NCBI GenBank assembly: GCA_011109175.1
Contig: RDEW01000026.1
Coordinates: 186,001 to 250,000, forward strand
DNA: 64,000 nucleotides
Reading direction: 5' to 3'
Source: Dicyema japonicum
Taxonomy: Eukaryota > Animalia > Dicyemida
The translations under genes and the position numbers were made by a program. Position 1 is the stretch's first letter; every line of letters begins with the position of its first letter. Positions 18,448 to 30,658 of this stretch are shown here, piece after piece. The notes under the pieces are model-generated. The model ran no database searches. It saw only the letters and a list, made by a program, of their open reading frames with translations, and was not told where the DNA came from.

Positions 18448-19289
18448 AGTTGTTTGATTATTTCTGTTAGTAATATTATAACATAATAAATTGTTATAGG
18501 TAATTTCGTCAATTGTAAATCAAGGGACCTAGTGGGCGGGTTCTAGATACAATTAAAATGTGATTCGACGTTATGTTTTTACAACTGATTGTGTGATGTT
18601 TCTTTGTTAAGAGTTTGATTTTCTCTCAATTTCGTTCTTGTTTCGGTTTGGAAACAGTTTGCGGATCCACAGTATTTTAGATCTGATCCTTCTGCAGGCT
18701 CAATAGGGCTGGCACGTATGGGTGACGCTGACTGCTGTGGAGTTTAGGTTTCCTAAGGTGTTTGTCAGCCACGGAAAGGATCCCCTCACAGTTTCGAATC
18801 ATGCCTTTCCGGCGGAAGATCCGTTCCTATACTTTTGATTGACTCTGATACACACTCTTCATATTCTGTGCAGTTTTCGTGACGAGCCATATAATTCAGT
18901 CATATACCTCCTTCTTGATCCCGTGGAATTCACATCATATTGAATTTGGATGAAAAACAATACGTATGCTGGGACCACAATGTGGAACAAAAATACCTTC
19001 CCTGTTGACGGAATCTGCAACTCGTAGATGTGGTTTGGATTTCTCCGCATTTTCACGCAAAAGAAAATCGGTTGGCTAAGAAATTTCCGTCCCCAGTCAG
19101 CTTCCTCTGCAAGGATCAAAAAAGGCACTTCCGTTCGGCAGTGGAACAATGGAAATGCACAGGCTTTGGATGGCACGTTTGGTTGCAGGAACTGGAACTG
19201 ACATTTCTTTTGTCTTTCTTTCTCGGTAGTCCGGGGTTAATAAATAAATCGATTATAAATCTTAAACGGATTTCCTGTGTTCCAAAGTC

Positions 19290-19850
19290 GGGAGCTTATC
19301 CACGTTGTTTTATGGCATGTGGAATGTTGGAATTGGGTGTTACATATAGCTGTGCCAGGATCCCCATTCCACGTGGTCCAATAAATCGTTCGTATACTTT
19401 TTGTACCCCAACTTTAGCATTCATAAAAAGGAATGAGGAAGACTTTAAGTGAGATACAATCTTGGAAAGTTTTTGGTAGAAATCGCCCAATTCCTATGAG
19501 TCTTTAGAAACGTTGCCACTATGTGGGAGGTACACAATGGAAATTATCCGTCTATATTTCCCTCTGAGTACAATAAGTAAGTAGTAGAATGACACTAATC
19601 CAATCATTTGTCTTCCAAAAGATATGTAATCCGGAAAGTAATCCTTGTGCACAGCGAAACCCTATCCATAGAATAGAATGGTGTAGGACTACTCTATAGT
19701 TTCTAGAACGTTCGTCAAGTCCTTCTCTGACCTTCGTCTCTTGGAAACAGCAGACTGAACATCGATACTTCTCAAGGTCCAGAAATAGTCCCTTCGACCA
19801 GCCATTTAGGCCCCTGGCATTAAAGGATAGAAAACCAATAGGAATCACTA
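19290..19850 (-). mobile_element. Degenerate RTE-like endonuclease (5') fragment
   Basis: IGFLSFNARGLNG..LDLEKYRCSVCCFQETKVREG and GDF..NAKVG-like motifs of an EEP domain, interrupted by stops. Confidence 0.7.
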
Positions 19851-20431
19851 AAACACGTATCTACATGAGTGCGAGAGAGGGAAGTCATCACCTCAATCGA
19901 AAAGTGTTTAAAATATCACATTTGTTGTATAATTAAGTATTCGATGGATTAATTCTTATATCAACAGAGACTAAGTTGCTAGCATGATGGAAAATCGTCC
20001 GGTTTGCAAGATCACGTAATAGTGACGCGATTGTTCTTAAAACATTGTCCTTACAATTTGAAGAATAATCATAATGGCTAGCATAATATTCAAGACATTC
20101 GGGTAGAACATGTCAGTTACCGTTAATAGTTGTCATTTTATTATTGAGAACTTTACAATCACGAGGAAGGTATATTAAAGTGTCATCAATTGTATAGATT
20201 TGTGTTCTCACCTATTACAACTATGTTCCATACGTGGTGCCTCATTCTCTAACTTTTGGTAATTAAAAGAGTTAATGTCTCTGAAGAATGAAGCGTGAAT
20301 ATTAGTGAGTAATAACAAAGATCGTGATTAATGAATCAATAATTGTTCTATAATTGTATAATTAGATTACACTTTTATTGTTTGTTAAAAGTCTAATATT
20401 TAAATACAATCTCACGTTTCTCATTTATAAT

Positions 20432-23400
20432 ATGCTGATTCAGGAACTTTTTAAGAAACAAGTTTTAAAGACACCTTACAAACTGGCGGTCATCGACGAA
20501 CATGAGAGTCTCACATTTGACCAATTGGACACTAAGAGTGACATTTTGTGTAATTATCTCCGAATAAGTGGTATTACTGTCAACACACCTGTCGGCATTT
20601 TTCTTGAAAAAAGTGTGACCTTTATTGTTGCTTACCTTGCTGTTCTCAAAGCAGGTAAATGCGTCTTAATAAAACCCAGGTGGCACGTGCACTGTAATCG
20701 ACATAAAATATCCCGAAGTGATGCTAAAAATGGTGTTGGAGAACGCTAAACCTCTTTTGATCCTAACAAATGCCGATCTCTCGTCCAATCTGACTCATAT
20801 TGGTTATTTGTGTCTCATCATGTCATAGACAGTCATATTAGCATCATTGAACTCTCCAATGAGTGGTACAAAAAACAGCTAATATGCATATCCCCAATGA
20901 AGGAACCTCAACTTCACCAACCGGACAACACTGCTTTCATAATTTACAGTTCGGGACAACTGGAGTTCCTAAAGGTAATAGGGTCTTTAATTTAAGGGAT
21001 TTTGTGTCCTCACAGAGCAGCTGTATTCTCATATTGCTGGCGACACAGACACTATCCTTATGTAGAGGATGATAGGGAGGCATGCAATGTATTCTTTATA
21101 TGGGAGATGCTCCGACCAATAACTAAGGGTCCGTTTATTGTTTACTGGTAAGGAATCACTATGTACATAATTCCCGACTCAGTCATTACCAGTCCTAAGA
21201 GAATTGCTAACTTTATATGTGAAAACAAGATAACAAGAATGTTGTTCACTCCATCACTATTGCTCACAGTTCTGCAGGACTCAAGTATAGATTTTAGTGA
21301 GAAATTTAAGACTATGAGGTTTTATTAGGTTTATATTCTCAGACAAGCCTGGCTTTGTGGAGAAGTCGTAACTATCAGTTTACTCAGTTTGACTGTTCAA
21401 ACCATTCCGTGGGTCACAATCCTCAACTTATACAGTGTCTCTGAGTGTCACGACATTGCCACGTCTGATCTCTCAGTCTTTTACAAACATGCGGTACCTC
21501 AGTTCACTAAACAGCCTTTTAGGATACGTCTAACAGGAAATTTGCCCCAGTTGGGAAGATAAATGAGGAAGTTTCTGTCTACATCATGGATTCTGAAATG
21601 CGATCCCAGCCTATTGGAGTTCCAGGAGAGGTAAGTGATGTCTTTAAGTTACAGATTTATGTCGGAGGGCCTGGGCTTGCTGTAGGATACTTAAACAGAC
21701 CTGAGGTTACTTCAGAAAAATTTATTGAGGACACAAAATATGGAAGACTTTACAGAAGCGGGGACTGGGGATATCTCTATGCTGATGGAAACTTGGAAAT
21801 TTGTGGCCGATGTGACTCGATGGTCAAAATCCGCGGATATTCGATTGAAATCCACGTATTTAGCTTTAGTTGATTTTTAGGCCGTGGAAACAGCTGTAAC
21901 TGAATTGAATTACGTTGATGGTTGCTGTGTCATTGTCCAGGGTGATGAGGGGGAGGAAAAATTCATCGTTTGCTACGTCGTCCTCAAGTATAAGCACAAA
22001 GTCGCCCTCATCAGGGAGGATCTAAAGAAGAAGTTACCATTCTATATGATCCCTTCATATTTCGTACAAATGACTAGGTTCAAGTCATAACTAATTTCAG
22101 TCTCCCTCTTTTACCAACCTCTGGTAAACTGGACAAGAAAGCTTTGCCTTCAATTATGGAAACCAACGAGTCCAATGCAGGAGTTGCTCATCCAGTGACT
22201 GCTACTGAGAAGAACATTTACTCCATCTGGCTGAACATTCTTAATTGCAAGAATATCGATATATACGACAGCTTTTTTGACATTGGGGGGTTAGGTTTTA
22301 ATATGAAAGGTTTAGGCATTCGCTTATGGCAGTGAGACTCGTCTCTGCTGTCTCTGATAAGTTTGACGTAGAAATCGAGCCAGAGATTCTCTACAAATAT
22401 CAAAGTCTTCACAGATTTTCCGCATATGTTGACTGGTTGATAGGAGACATGACTGGTTCTCCTCCTCAAATAGAAAAGTTTGACCTCCAGCAGGAAATAA
22501 TCAATTTTAAGCAAAGCAGTGTAAAGTAATTGGTTCTCTTACCAAACAGACTGGACATGCAGCTTCGTGCCTTTTGGAGATCCTGTCAATATGGAAATCG
22601 ATGGAATAGAGGAAGGATCCTTCTCACTGGAGCAACAGGATTTTTCGGGTCCTTCATACTTCGTTCTCTATTATTGAAGACTCAGGTCTCTTAACTACTT
22701 GTATTTCCAGTCTATCATATATTGTCTTGTTCGGGCAGATGAGAAACAATCTGTTTACGAAAGACTACAAAACGTGCTTAAAAAATATAAGATAATTGCT
22801 GTCTCCGATAGTGGGAGAGATCAAAGTCTTCCTTGGTTATCAAAAAAGCTTTTCATGATCGAGTCCATGTTGTCAAAGGTTTGTTTGGGGGGTAAATTAA
22901 GGGGATATTACCTTGACCAACATGGGGATGTCAGATGATGATTATTGTCATTTGTCCTACGAAATAGACTTTGTTATCCACGCCGCTGCAGTTGTAAACA
23001 TGCTGTATAACTATGAGGTCCTCTGATTTGTTAAGTATAGACTTTGAGGACATCGAACGTCATTGCCACGAAAAATATCCTTCTTTTTGCAGCGGAAAAC
23101 AAAATAAAACCTCTCCAATATATTAGGTTGGTGATCTCTGACTTAGGTTAGTACAAATGCGGTATTTCCCCACTCACTGAGGGACTGCAGTGAGGAAACC
23201 GACATTTCAGTTTATTCCGATCAACTCAGTGACGGTTATTCTCAGAGTAAATGGGTGGCTGAACAGCTCGTCCAAAATGCAATATCTCTCGGATTCCAGC
23301 CACCATATTCAGAATGGGTTTAAATTATTCATTATTTAAGGAAATTTGTTTGCTGCCAAGGATGACGGGTTGTGGAACGACAAGGACTTTACTTATCACA

Positions 23401-24772
23401 TTTTGAGGGCGTGTGTAGTGGCTCAGATGACTCCAGACATAGAATGGGAGATTGAAGGGACCCCCGTAGACTTTGCAGCGGACACAGTAATCTCAATTAG
23501 TGGGGACATGACTACAATTGGACAAACCTATCACATAATAAACTCAAAGACACTTAATTTTAAGTTATTTTTGAGATTTGCAATTTTAGATATGCAATCG
23601 ACCGATTACGATTTCTTGGCTATCAACTAAAGACAGTCTGCTTTAACGAATGGAAAAAGTCAATTTTACAGAACCACGAGTTGTCCACTGGTCAAAGGAT
23701 TGCTAAACTCGTGGATTTATGGGTTTCTCTGTTTTATTTAATCTCAGAGATAAGTTTTTTGAATCCTTCAGTACTTTCAAGAATGGAAGGGTCACTGAAT
23801 ATTTGTCTCCCGAAACTTATCCAGTAATCGACCAGATTCTGTTTGACCTGTACATCAATCAACTGATTTCTAACCACCAACTTCCTTCACCACCAAGTAC
23901 TACTTAACTAAAATACCAGAAATCCACTTTACAAAGAGATCATTGGATGGAATCGTTGCCATAGTAACAGGATCTTCCAGTGGAATTGGAAGGGCTATTG
24001 CAATGCATTTGGCTTTGGAAGGGGCAAAAGTCGTTTTGGTAGCTCGAAGGGAACAAAAGTTAAAGGAACTTGTGCATCTTATAGAAACAAATGGTGGACT
24101 GGCTATTTATGTTTTGGCTGATGTAGTGTCTAGAGATCAGGTTGATAAATTGCAAGATTTTAGATGAAGCAAATGATGGCGAGGACTAACTTTGTTTTTG
24201 GGAGAATTGATGTATTAGTGAACTGTGCTGGTGTCATGTATTACACTTACATGAAGAATATGAGAGAAGACCAATGGGAGAGACAAATCGATATAAACTG
24301 CAAGGTTTTGTCTCTTCTGACATTTAGGGGGTCGTAAATGGCGTTGGAGCTGTTCTCCCATCAATGCTGCATAATGGTTCCGGACATATCGTAAATATTT
24401 CATCTGACGCTGGAAAAAAGGCAGATTTGTTTTTTATAGTAGCCTTTTGCTGGCTTAGCCGTTTATTCAGGGACCAAGTATTTTGTTGAGGGATTCAGCG
24501 AGGCTCTGAGACAGGAAGTTGCCGGGAGTGGTATAAAAGTGACCACGATACTCCCAGGAGACGTTCATTCTGAGTTACTGAGTCATTCAACGGATATTGA
24601 GGTATTTTCACCTAATATTGGTGGATAGGCTAAATCTGAGTGTGATATGAGCAAGAAACATCATATACTGAACCCTGAGGACATTGCAAAGGCAGTTGTC
24701 TATGCCCTCGCCCAACCCAAACATTGTGCTGTCAACTCAATTCTCATAGAGCCACGGGAAGCCCCTATTTAA
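20432..24772 (+). CDS. NRPS-like A-T-R-SDR reductase, ATRR (glycine betaine reductase)-like; multi-exon
   Basis: A domain: YSSGTTGVPKG, REACNVFFIWEMLRP, YRSGD, GRCDSMVKIRGYSIE, SGKLDKKALP. T domain: FFDIGGHSL. Thioester reductase: ILLTGATGFFG, GYSQSKWVAE. SDR: VAIVTGSSSGIG, NCAGVMYY, YSGTK, ending ILIEPREAPI*. Domains are joined in frame after removing 22-30 nt introns. Two single-base frameshifts (20953-20955, 23296-23297). Confidence 0.88.
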
Positions 24773-25022
24773 TTATTACTTTTGAGTAACAAATTATTCA
24801 ATAATAATACTACCATTTTATTATTTTTTGTTACGACAATGGCTGAGATCATACTAAGGCTCTCTTGACAAATTCACTCCTTGGAAGATGATTATGTTGC
24901 TTTACACTCCAAACTTCACACGATTGAATGGTTTTTACGAATCCAAGTACGATCTGAGCACCTCCAATATGTGCTTTGTCCCTTCCTGTATTTTAAATGG
25001 TACAGATTTCATCATGTTCTAA

Positions 25023-25912
25023 ATTATTATTAAAAACCAAAAATCACAGACAAATTAATTAACTACATAGCCGTCAGGTGATTCCGGCCGCCTCGAGTAG
25101 CCATCTCATTCTTGCTCGGTGTTCTTCCTGGGTTCCAACGCATTTCCAGATTGGGCGGGGGTTTTATAACTTTTTTGGAGGGTAGTAAGGCTCCGGTTTT
25201 CCCACTAATTCCTCAAAAGGTGTAGGGTTTAGAAGTGTCCAAGAAAACCTTTTGCAAAGCCTTACTGGCCATTTTTGGAAGATATTGATTTTTTCTATAT
25301 TCCTGTTTGATAGGTTGGTTCCCCATGCAGCACACCCGTAAGTTAGAGACGGTTGAATATACTGCACGTAGAGCGAGTCCAAATTTGAGTTGAAACACCC
25401 ATTATATTATCCAAGGAGTGTTTTAACAAAATTTAGCATTCGTTGTGCCGAAAGATGACGTTGTCGATGTATTTGCTGAAGGTCAAGAGTGGGTCGTAAG
25501 TTACGCCCAGTATCTTGACCGAGTTGGTCGTGGGATTGAGTTTCCATTTATGGTTACACATGGAGCGGAGTTTGTCAATCTTCTGTTTGTTGTGAAAATT
25601 GTTGTATAAGACTTTTCGGGACTTGTATGAAAAATGTTCTTAACGAGCCAACAGTTCAGATCGTCCAATGAAGCTTATATCCGGTATAAAGCAGTATTAA
25701 CGCACTGGTCTTTGACTGCGACGATTAAATCATCCGCATATGTCAGAACCAGAGTATCGTCACTGGTAAGGAAGGGCATGTCATTCAAGAATAGGTTGAA
25801 TAGGTGTGGTGAAAGTGGAGATCCTTGAGGGACTCATTTGGAAGGAACTTGGTAACTGATCTAGTTTTTTCCAGCAGTTACTCTTCCTCTTCTTCCATTT
25901 AGGAACATAACA
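25023..25912 (-). mobile_element. 5'-truncated Jockey/I-like LINE with intact 3' end
   Basis: PQGSPLSPHLFN, TYADDLIV, YLGVTYDPLLTFSKYI, YVQYIQPSLTYGCAAWG, ending MRWLLEAAGIT*, then GTGATTTTTGGTTTTTAATAATAAT. Confidence 0.9.
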
Positions 25913-26569
25913 TTAAAATTGTATTAAAGTAGTGGAATCTTAAAATCGTTAAATTACTTAACTAGAATTATTTTTAAATATTTATTAAATAATAATAAAA
26001 ATTAAATAATTTCTCAATTTATAGGGATTATTTATGCTATGTCGTCTTAGGATATATGTTCGTTTTGTTATAACTCCCTGTCTTTTAGGTTTGGGTCGAG
26101 TCTCTTTTAATTCGTTAAGATCTTTATTAGTTATATCTCCACTACGATTATTTTCTCTCTGATTTATTTTGTTATCCCTCACTCTATAATTATATTAAAT
26201 TCCCACTTTTTACTACCAGAACCACCTCTTTTAATATTTTTATTAATTCGTTTTGGTGGAGGAATTCTAACGTTTCGTCTCGTTGGCTTGACTTTACGTT
26301 TTCTACTTTCACGTTTATCTTTTTTACTCATGTCTCCACTAAGACTATTCGGTGGATCACATTGTTCTCTAAAATTATAAAAATCAAAATTTCCACTTTG
26401 CAGTACATTCCTCTTTGATATTTGTATCTTGTGATCTTAAATTGTATGTTCGTCTCAATGGGGGTTTCGAACTCTCACTTTTTTCTGATTAGGTTCTGTT
26501 TTCTTTTTTGGTTCCTCCTTATTAGTTATCTCAACATTAGGACTATTTTCGTTGTGATCATTAATTTGA
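25730..26569 (-). repeat. Copy 2 of the ~840-bp inverted duplication, including the orphan gene 3' end (stop at 25985)
   Basis: Aligns with 8632-9469. The last exon is open here (..KETRPKPKRQGVITKRTYILRRHSINNPYKLRNYLIFIII*). Confidence 0.95.
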
Positions 26570-26583
26570 GATGAAGAGATGAC

Positions 26584-26747
26584 GTTAATTTTAACTAATC
26601 GTAGAACCAAGGAATAATCTTCACTTCTATTTTCTTTTTCTTGTGTGTGGGTCTTTTCTAGACAATCCAGTTCCGCAGTGAAAGTCCACTGATGACGGCG
26701 TCACTCTTCAAGCCTTTTTAGCATCGTAGATGCGTGAAATGTTCCAC
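26584..26747 (-). repeat. 5'-truncated copy of the SINE-like element
   Basis: Reverse complement aligns with 63261-63417 (CACGCATCTACGATGCTAAAA..GATTGTCTAGAAA.GACCCACAC..GAAGTGAAGAT.ATTCCTTGGTTCTACGATTAGTTAAAATTAAC). Confidence 0.85.
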
Positions 26748-26879
26748 TTACCCATAGGAGCCCTTAAAATCATTTTTATAAGATTAAAAAAATGACTTTT
26801 TTACCTAAAAATGTCAAACACATTGTAAAAAAAATCTCGTGGTGTTAATTGATGAACTTATCCAAAACCTGAAAAAATT

Positions 26880-28090
26880 AATTGGAGGCCATTTTTGCCG
26901 TTATTTCTAGTGAGATAGGTTTGCTTGATGTTCTGGCATAAACTATTTTGCTTCTGAGCCTTAGGGTAGAGTACGTCGAAGCTGATCTCTATGGAACGAT
27001 TCTAGATTGTGATTGTGTATCAAAGTCCCATGTTCCGCATTGTGGAGGAGAATAGCTTCACCAGTGAATTGTATAAACGTATCCGTGTTTTGTACTCAAT
27101 CCTTTACGCTTAGTGGACTGTTTGCATGTGTTTTCCGATAATTACGTCTTGTTCATCTCCCAATAACGATCCGAGTTTCTTACTTTTCTCCAATTTTCAT
27201 CCAGCTTGGATTTTTGTCTGACTAGTTCAGTCAATTCTGTTTTCTCCACATTTACATTGAGGAACCACTCGGCAAGTTTATTTGGCATCACCTCCAATAG
27301 GTTTTCAGAACATTCATGTTGAGAGAAATGAAATCCACGTCATCGCATAAGCCACCACATCGATTTTTTTGCTTTTAGCACCCTCAATGCAGCTTCCAAG
27401 ACAAATAGTATGGGAGATAACGGATCCCCTTGAGGTGTCCAGATGTTGTTTCAAATGGCTTAGAGAACTTGTCCCGTACCCTAACTGATAGGTAAGTTTC
27501 TGATAAAGTGCCCCGACCATCCGGGTAGAAGATTCGTCAAGGAATTCTGTGAGACATCCATCAATTTCTGACGATTGATTGAGTAAAAAGCTGACATATC
27601 GATTCAAAGAATGTTTGTCGTGTTTTTGAACCTTTGAGTAGTGGAGTATCGCCATCTATAGCTCACACAATGTCAGAAGTGATCTTCCTTCTCGAAACGC
27701 TGTGGAAATCAGATATAAATTATTCCGTACGAGGCTTTATCCTTTTTAGAGTAATAATTGTAAGCACTTTCCGTATGGTGTTCATAAAAATTACTGGCCT
27801 GAGGTTCTCCACTTTTCCTTCGCTTTGTTCTGTTTTTGGACAGGGACCAGTATTCCTTGTCTAAAAGGTAAGTGGTTGTTCGTTTTAAACATTCCATTGA
27901 AGAGGTCCGAAATGCTGCAATTCTGTTGCTGTCTGACTTAAACAATTTCTTGAATTGACCGGCAATTATTTCTGCAGCTTCTGCAGAGTCTGTATCCGTC
28001 TGCCATTTCAGTCGTTCATGATTAGAGGTTGTCTGCGTTTGCGCTCACGGAGTAATCTGATCGCTTCATAGCACCTTCCATTGTCCTTCA
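26880..28090 (-). mobile_element. Degenerate RTE-clade retrotransposon RT region
   Basis: ENLRPVIFMNTIRKVL, FREGRS, IDMSAF, TTSGHLKG/QGDPLSPILFVLEAALR, VVAYA(D)D, NVEKTE, KKLGSLLG, RIRLYNSLV, all with frameshifts. The ORF-track ORFs 27314-27655 and 27709-27945 are pieces of this. Confidence 0.85.
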
Positions 28091-28829
28091 TCTTCATAAA
28101 ATATTAATATAAAATTATTTTATAGTTTATATATTTACAGTAAATCTTCTCGAATCCAATGCTCCAAAATAATTTTTTTATTGAAGGTGTTTAAGTTAGT
28201 TCTTAAATGGTTTTAATAATTTCGTTGAAGAATGTTGGAGATTAAATAACCATGTCATTATTGAAAGATCTAATGTACAAATATGATCCTTTATAATTTG
28301 AAAATTTAAAGACTCACAATAATTTAAAAAAATGTTCTTAATCACAAATTTATTAGTGATGTCTCTCAAAATCTGTAATTAAACCAAACTGTGATTTTTC
28401 TCATCTACAGTCAACGACTAAGGAGTAAGTAAAGGTAAATAAGATAAAGTTTGTTGATATTAAAGAATGGTCAATAAAAATACATTTAAAGGAAAATTAA
28501 GGACTCAACAATAATTAACTAAACGTGCATAGTGAGCTAACAGTAAATAACAATTACTGGTTATTTTAGATAATATTTACGTTATTATTAGGGATTGGTT
28601 GGAGATGAATAATTTAAAATGAAATTAAATAAAGACGATAGAAATTCATAAAATGGCTGATCCGATAAGATTCACTGTATTTGTTCTTTTAGATTTTCCG
28701 ACTTTAAGGTACATTGTTTAATTTTTGTTTTTGTAAAGTCATTTTTATTTTAATAATCAATATTTTTAATTGTATTTTAATTTTATTATAAAAGTAATCA
28801 GTTAATTTATCCCTAGTAAAGCATATTTA

Positions 28830-29050
28830 AAACTGCCATCCATCCAAAGTGACCCCGCCGACATTATCGACGTTGCGTTGCCTCTCACGATTGCAACAGA
28901 GATCAACTGGAGTAGCCACCGGGTCTCACGTGCGTCGTGGCTTTTTAGTGTAGCTAAGCGTCCAAGTTTCTTTAGGAAGCGAAGCGATTTTCCACTTATT
29001 CCTCCAGTTGTCTCGACCACTATCGGATAAAACGCGAATCGGTCGCGTTA
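28830..29050 (-). mobile_element. CRE-clade family B 3' fragment
   Basis: VETTGGISGKSLRFLKKLGRLATLKSHDARETRWLLQLISVAIVRGNATSIMS. Near-identical to 32835-33030. Confidence 0.8.
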
Positions 29051-29818
29051 TCGTATTTTGTATTTTTATGGCATACTTTTTAATTACTTTGGAAGTAATT
29101 TAATTTCAACACGACTTATGCTCATTATTTTTTGAGCTTTTCTCATTCAGTTTTTTCTTTAAATCAAATTTGTTGAATAGGATTTAAGTCGGATGCCCTC
29201 TAATCATACATTTTTTCTTTCAAAAATTTTATTTCGCCTTCGATGTGTGACAGGGAGTAAAATCCTATTAGAAGTATTTACCTCGATATCTTAAATAAAG
29301 GAAACTTGTAGTTAACCAAGAACTTTTTTCTCTGTCTGCTTCATAAGGTTATGTATTCCCGGGTGTATTATGCAAAAACAGATAATAATTGTGGTTTTCT
29401 TCCCTCTGCCGATGGAAGTTCGTTTTATCTTGCCTCTTCCAGTCTATAGCATTGAGAAGTGTAGGGTATTAGTGAATACTGTCCAAGGTTGGTGACAGCA
29501 TATATTAGTTATTTGATTGGCATGTCAATTGTACTACATAGTTGAAATTCTCAGAACTGAGTATTTTGTTATATAAATGTGTTTCGTGATTGTATTTCTC
29601 TAAATTAATAATATTACCACAGTGTTACAAAAGGAAAAAGAGGAAAACAATTAGTCATAATATCACTATTGACGTTCATAATCTGCAAACTATGGAAACA
29701 TTGAATACAAAAAGTTCCCTGAATACTCAAAAATTCCACATTTGACTGAACGAAGGGTTCTAGTAATTAAACTGTATAGAACAGGACGTCATTTTAGTAA
29801 AGAAAAATGTTAGTAATG

Positions 29819-30658
29819 TTAAACGTGGTCAATGTCGATAATATCCCTGGATGGTTGGTATTCGTCCAGTAATTTTGACTCAACAATAAGAATGCCCTGT
29901 TCGACGTATGCCTGAATACACTCCAAGTCACAATTGTTAGGAATACTGTACTCACGTGTGTATTCGTTGATTGATTTGCATCCCTCATATATTTCTACAT
30001 GTTTCGCAAAAAAATTAAGTTTATTTTCACCTTCATTCAATGTTATTTTAATTTCACTACTGTCCACTTGTTTAACATTCAGTTTGAGTCTCCAAAGCTT
30101 GGTCCCCAGTATGTCAATTACTCCAGGATCGTTTATAGCTCGAAAAACTCCAGGACCACTTCTTGTCTCAGGCGGTTGTTCGCTAATTCTAGGAGCAGAT
30201 CTAAATCGACTGTCAGATGCAATCGAAGGTCTGTAATCGGGTGGGTCATTTACGGGACCTTCAATTGTAAGGATCCCATCACTCGAAAGAGTGCTCACAA
30301 GAGCGTCAGAATCCACGTTGTGAGGGATACTTGCTGTCTTTTTGAAAATTTTTTCAGAAAAGGATCCATCACGTGTTGTCCCCGTTTTATTGGCTTCCAC
30401 AATAATTAATCCATTCTCGACTTTAGCTGTAATGTCACCAGCTTCAAAATCACCAACATTCAAGCGAATCTGATACTTTCGAACTCCATCCTCGTCAGAA
30501 ACAAACGAAGAATCAAACCAAATTGTGGAAGAAAGTCTGCTACTAAACCGCGGACGGAGTATTTCCAGCCTCTCCTCATTGAACCGTCTGTCAAATTCTT
30601 CAATAAACCGCTTCTGTCTCTCAGAAAAACTTCGGGGATCGTTCTGAACAGGCAGCAT
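29819..30658 (-). CDS. Small heat-shock protein with two alpha-crystallin domains (p40/major-egg-antigen type), intronless
   Basis: MLPVQNDPRSFSERQKRFIEEFDRRF N-terminus; ACD1 YQIRLNVGDFEAGDITAKVENG..SIPHNVD..VSTLSSDGILTIEGP; ACD2 LKLNVKQVDSSEIKITL..YTREYSIP..AYVEQGILIVE. First ATG at 30658. Confidence 0.9.
   Translation of the reverse strand: MLPVQNDPRSFSERQKRFIEEFDRRFNEERLEILRPRFSSRLSSTIWFDSSFVSDEDGVRKYQIRLNVGDFEAGDITAKVENGLIIVEANKTGTTRDGSFSEKIFKKTASIPHNVDSDALVSTLSSDGILTIEGPVNDPPDYRPSIASDSRFRSAPRISEQPPETRSGPGVFRAINDPGVIDILGTKLWRLKLNVKQVDSSEIKITLNEGENKLNFFAKHVEIYEGCKSINEYTREYSIPNNCDLECIQAYVEQGILIVESKLLDEYQPSRDIIDIDHV

Noticed and set aside
18600-19250. GC-richer segment with ORFs on both strands (18859-19176, 19030-19452)
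   Set aside because: No consistent frame or domain; possibly decayed retroelement sequence next to the RTE fragment, but not assignable.
20432-24772. Bacterial or fungal contamination as the source of the NRPS-like gene
   Set aside because: It has the same 22-30 nt introns and composition as neighbouring animal genes.
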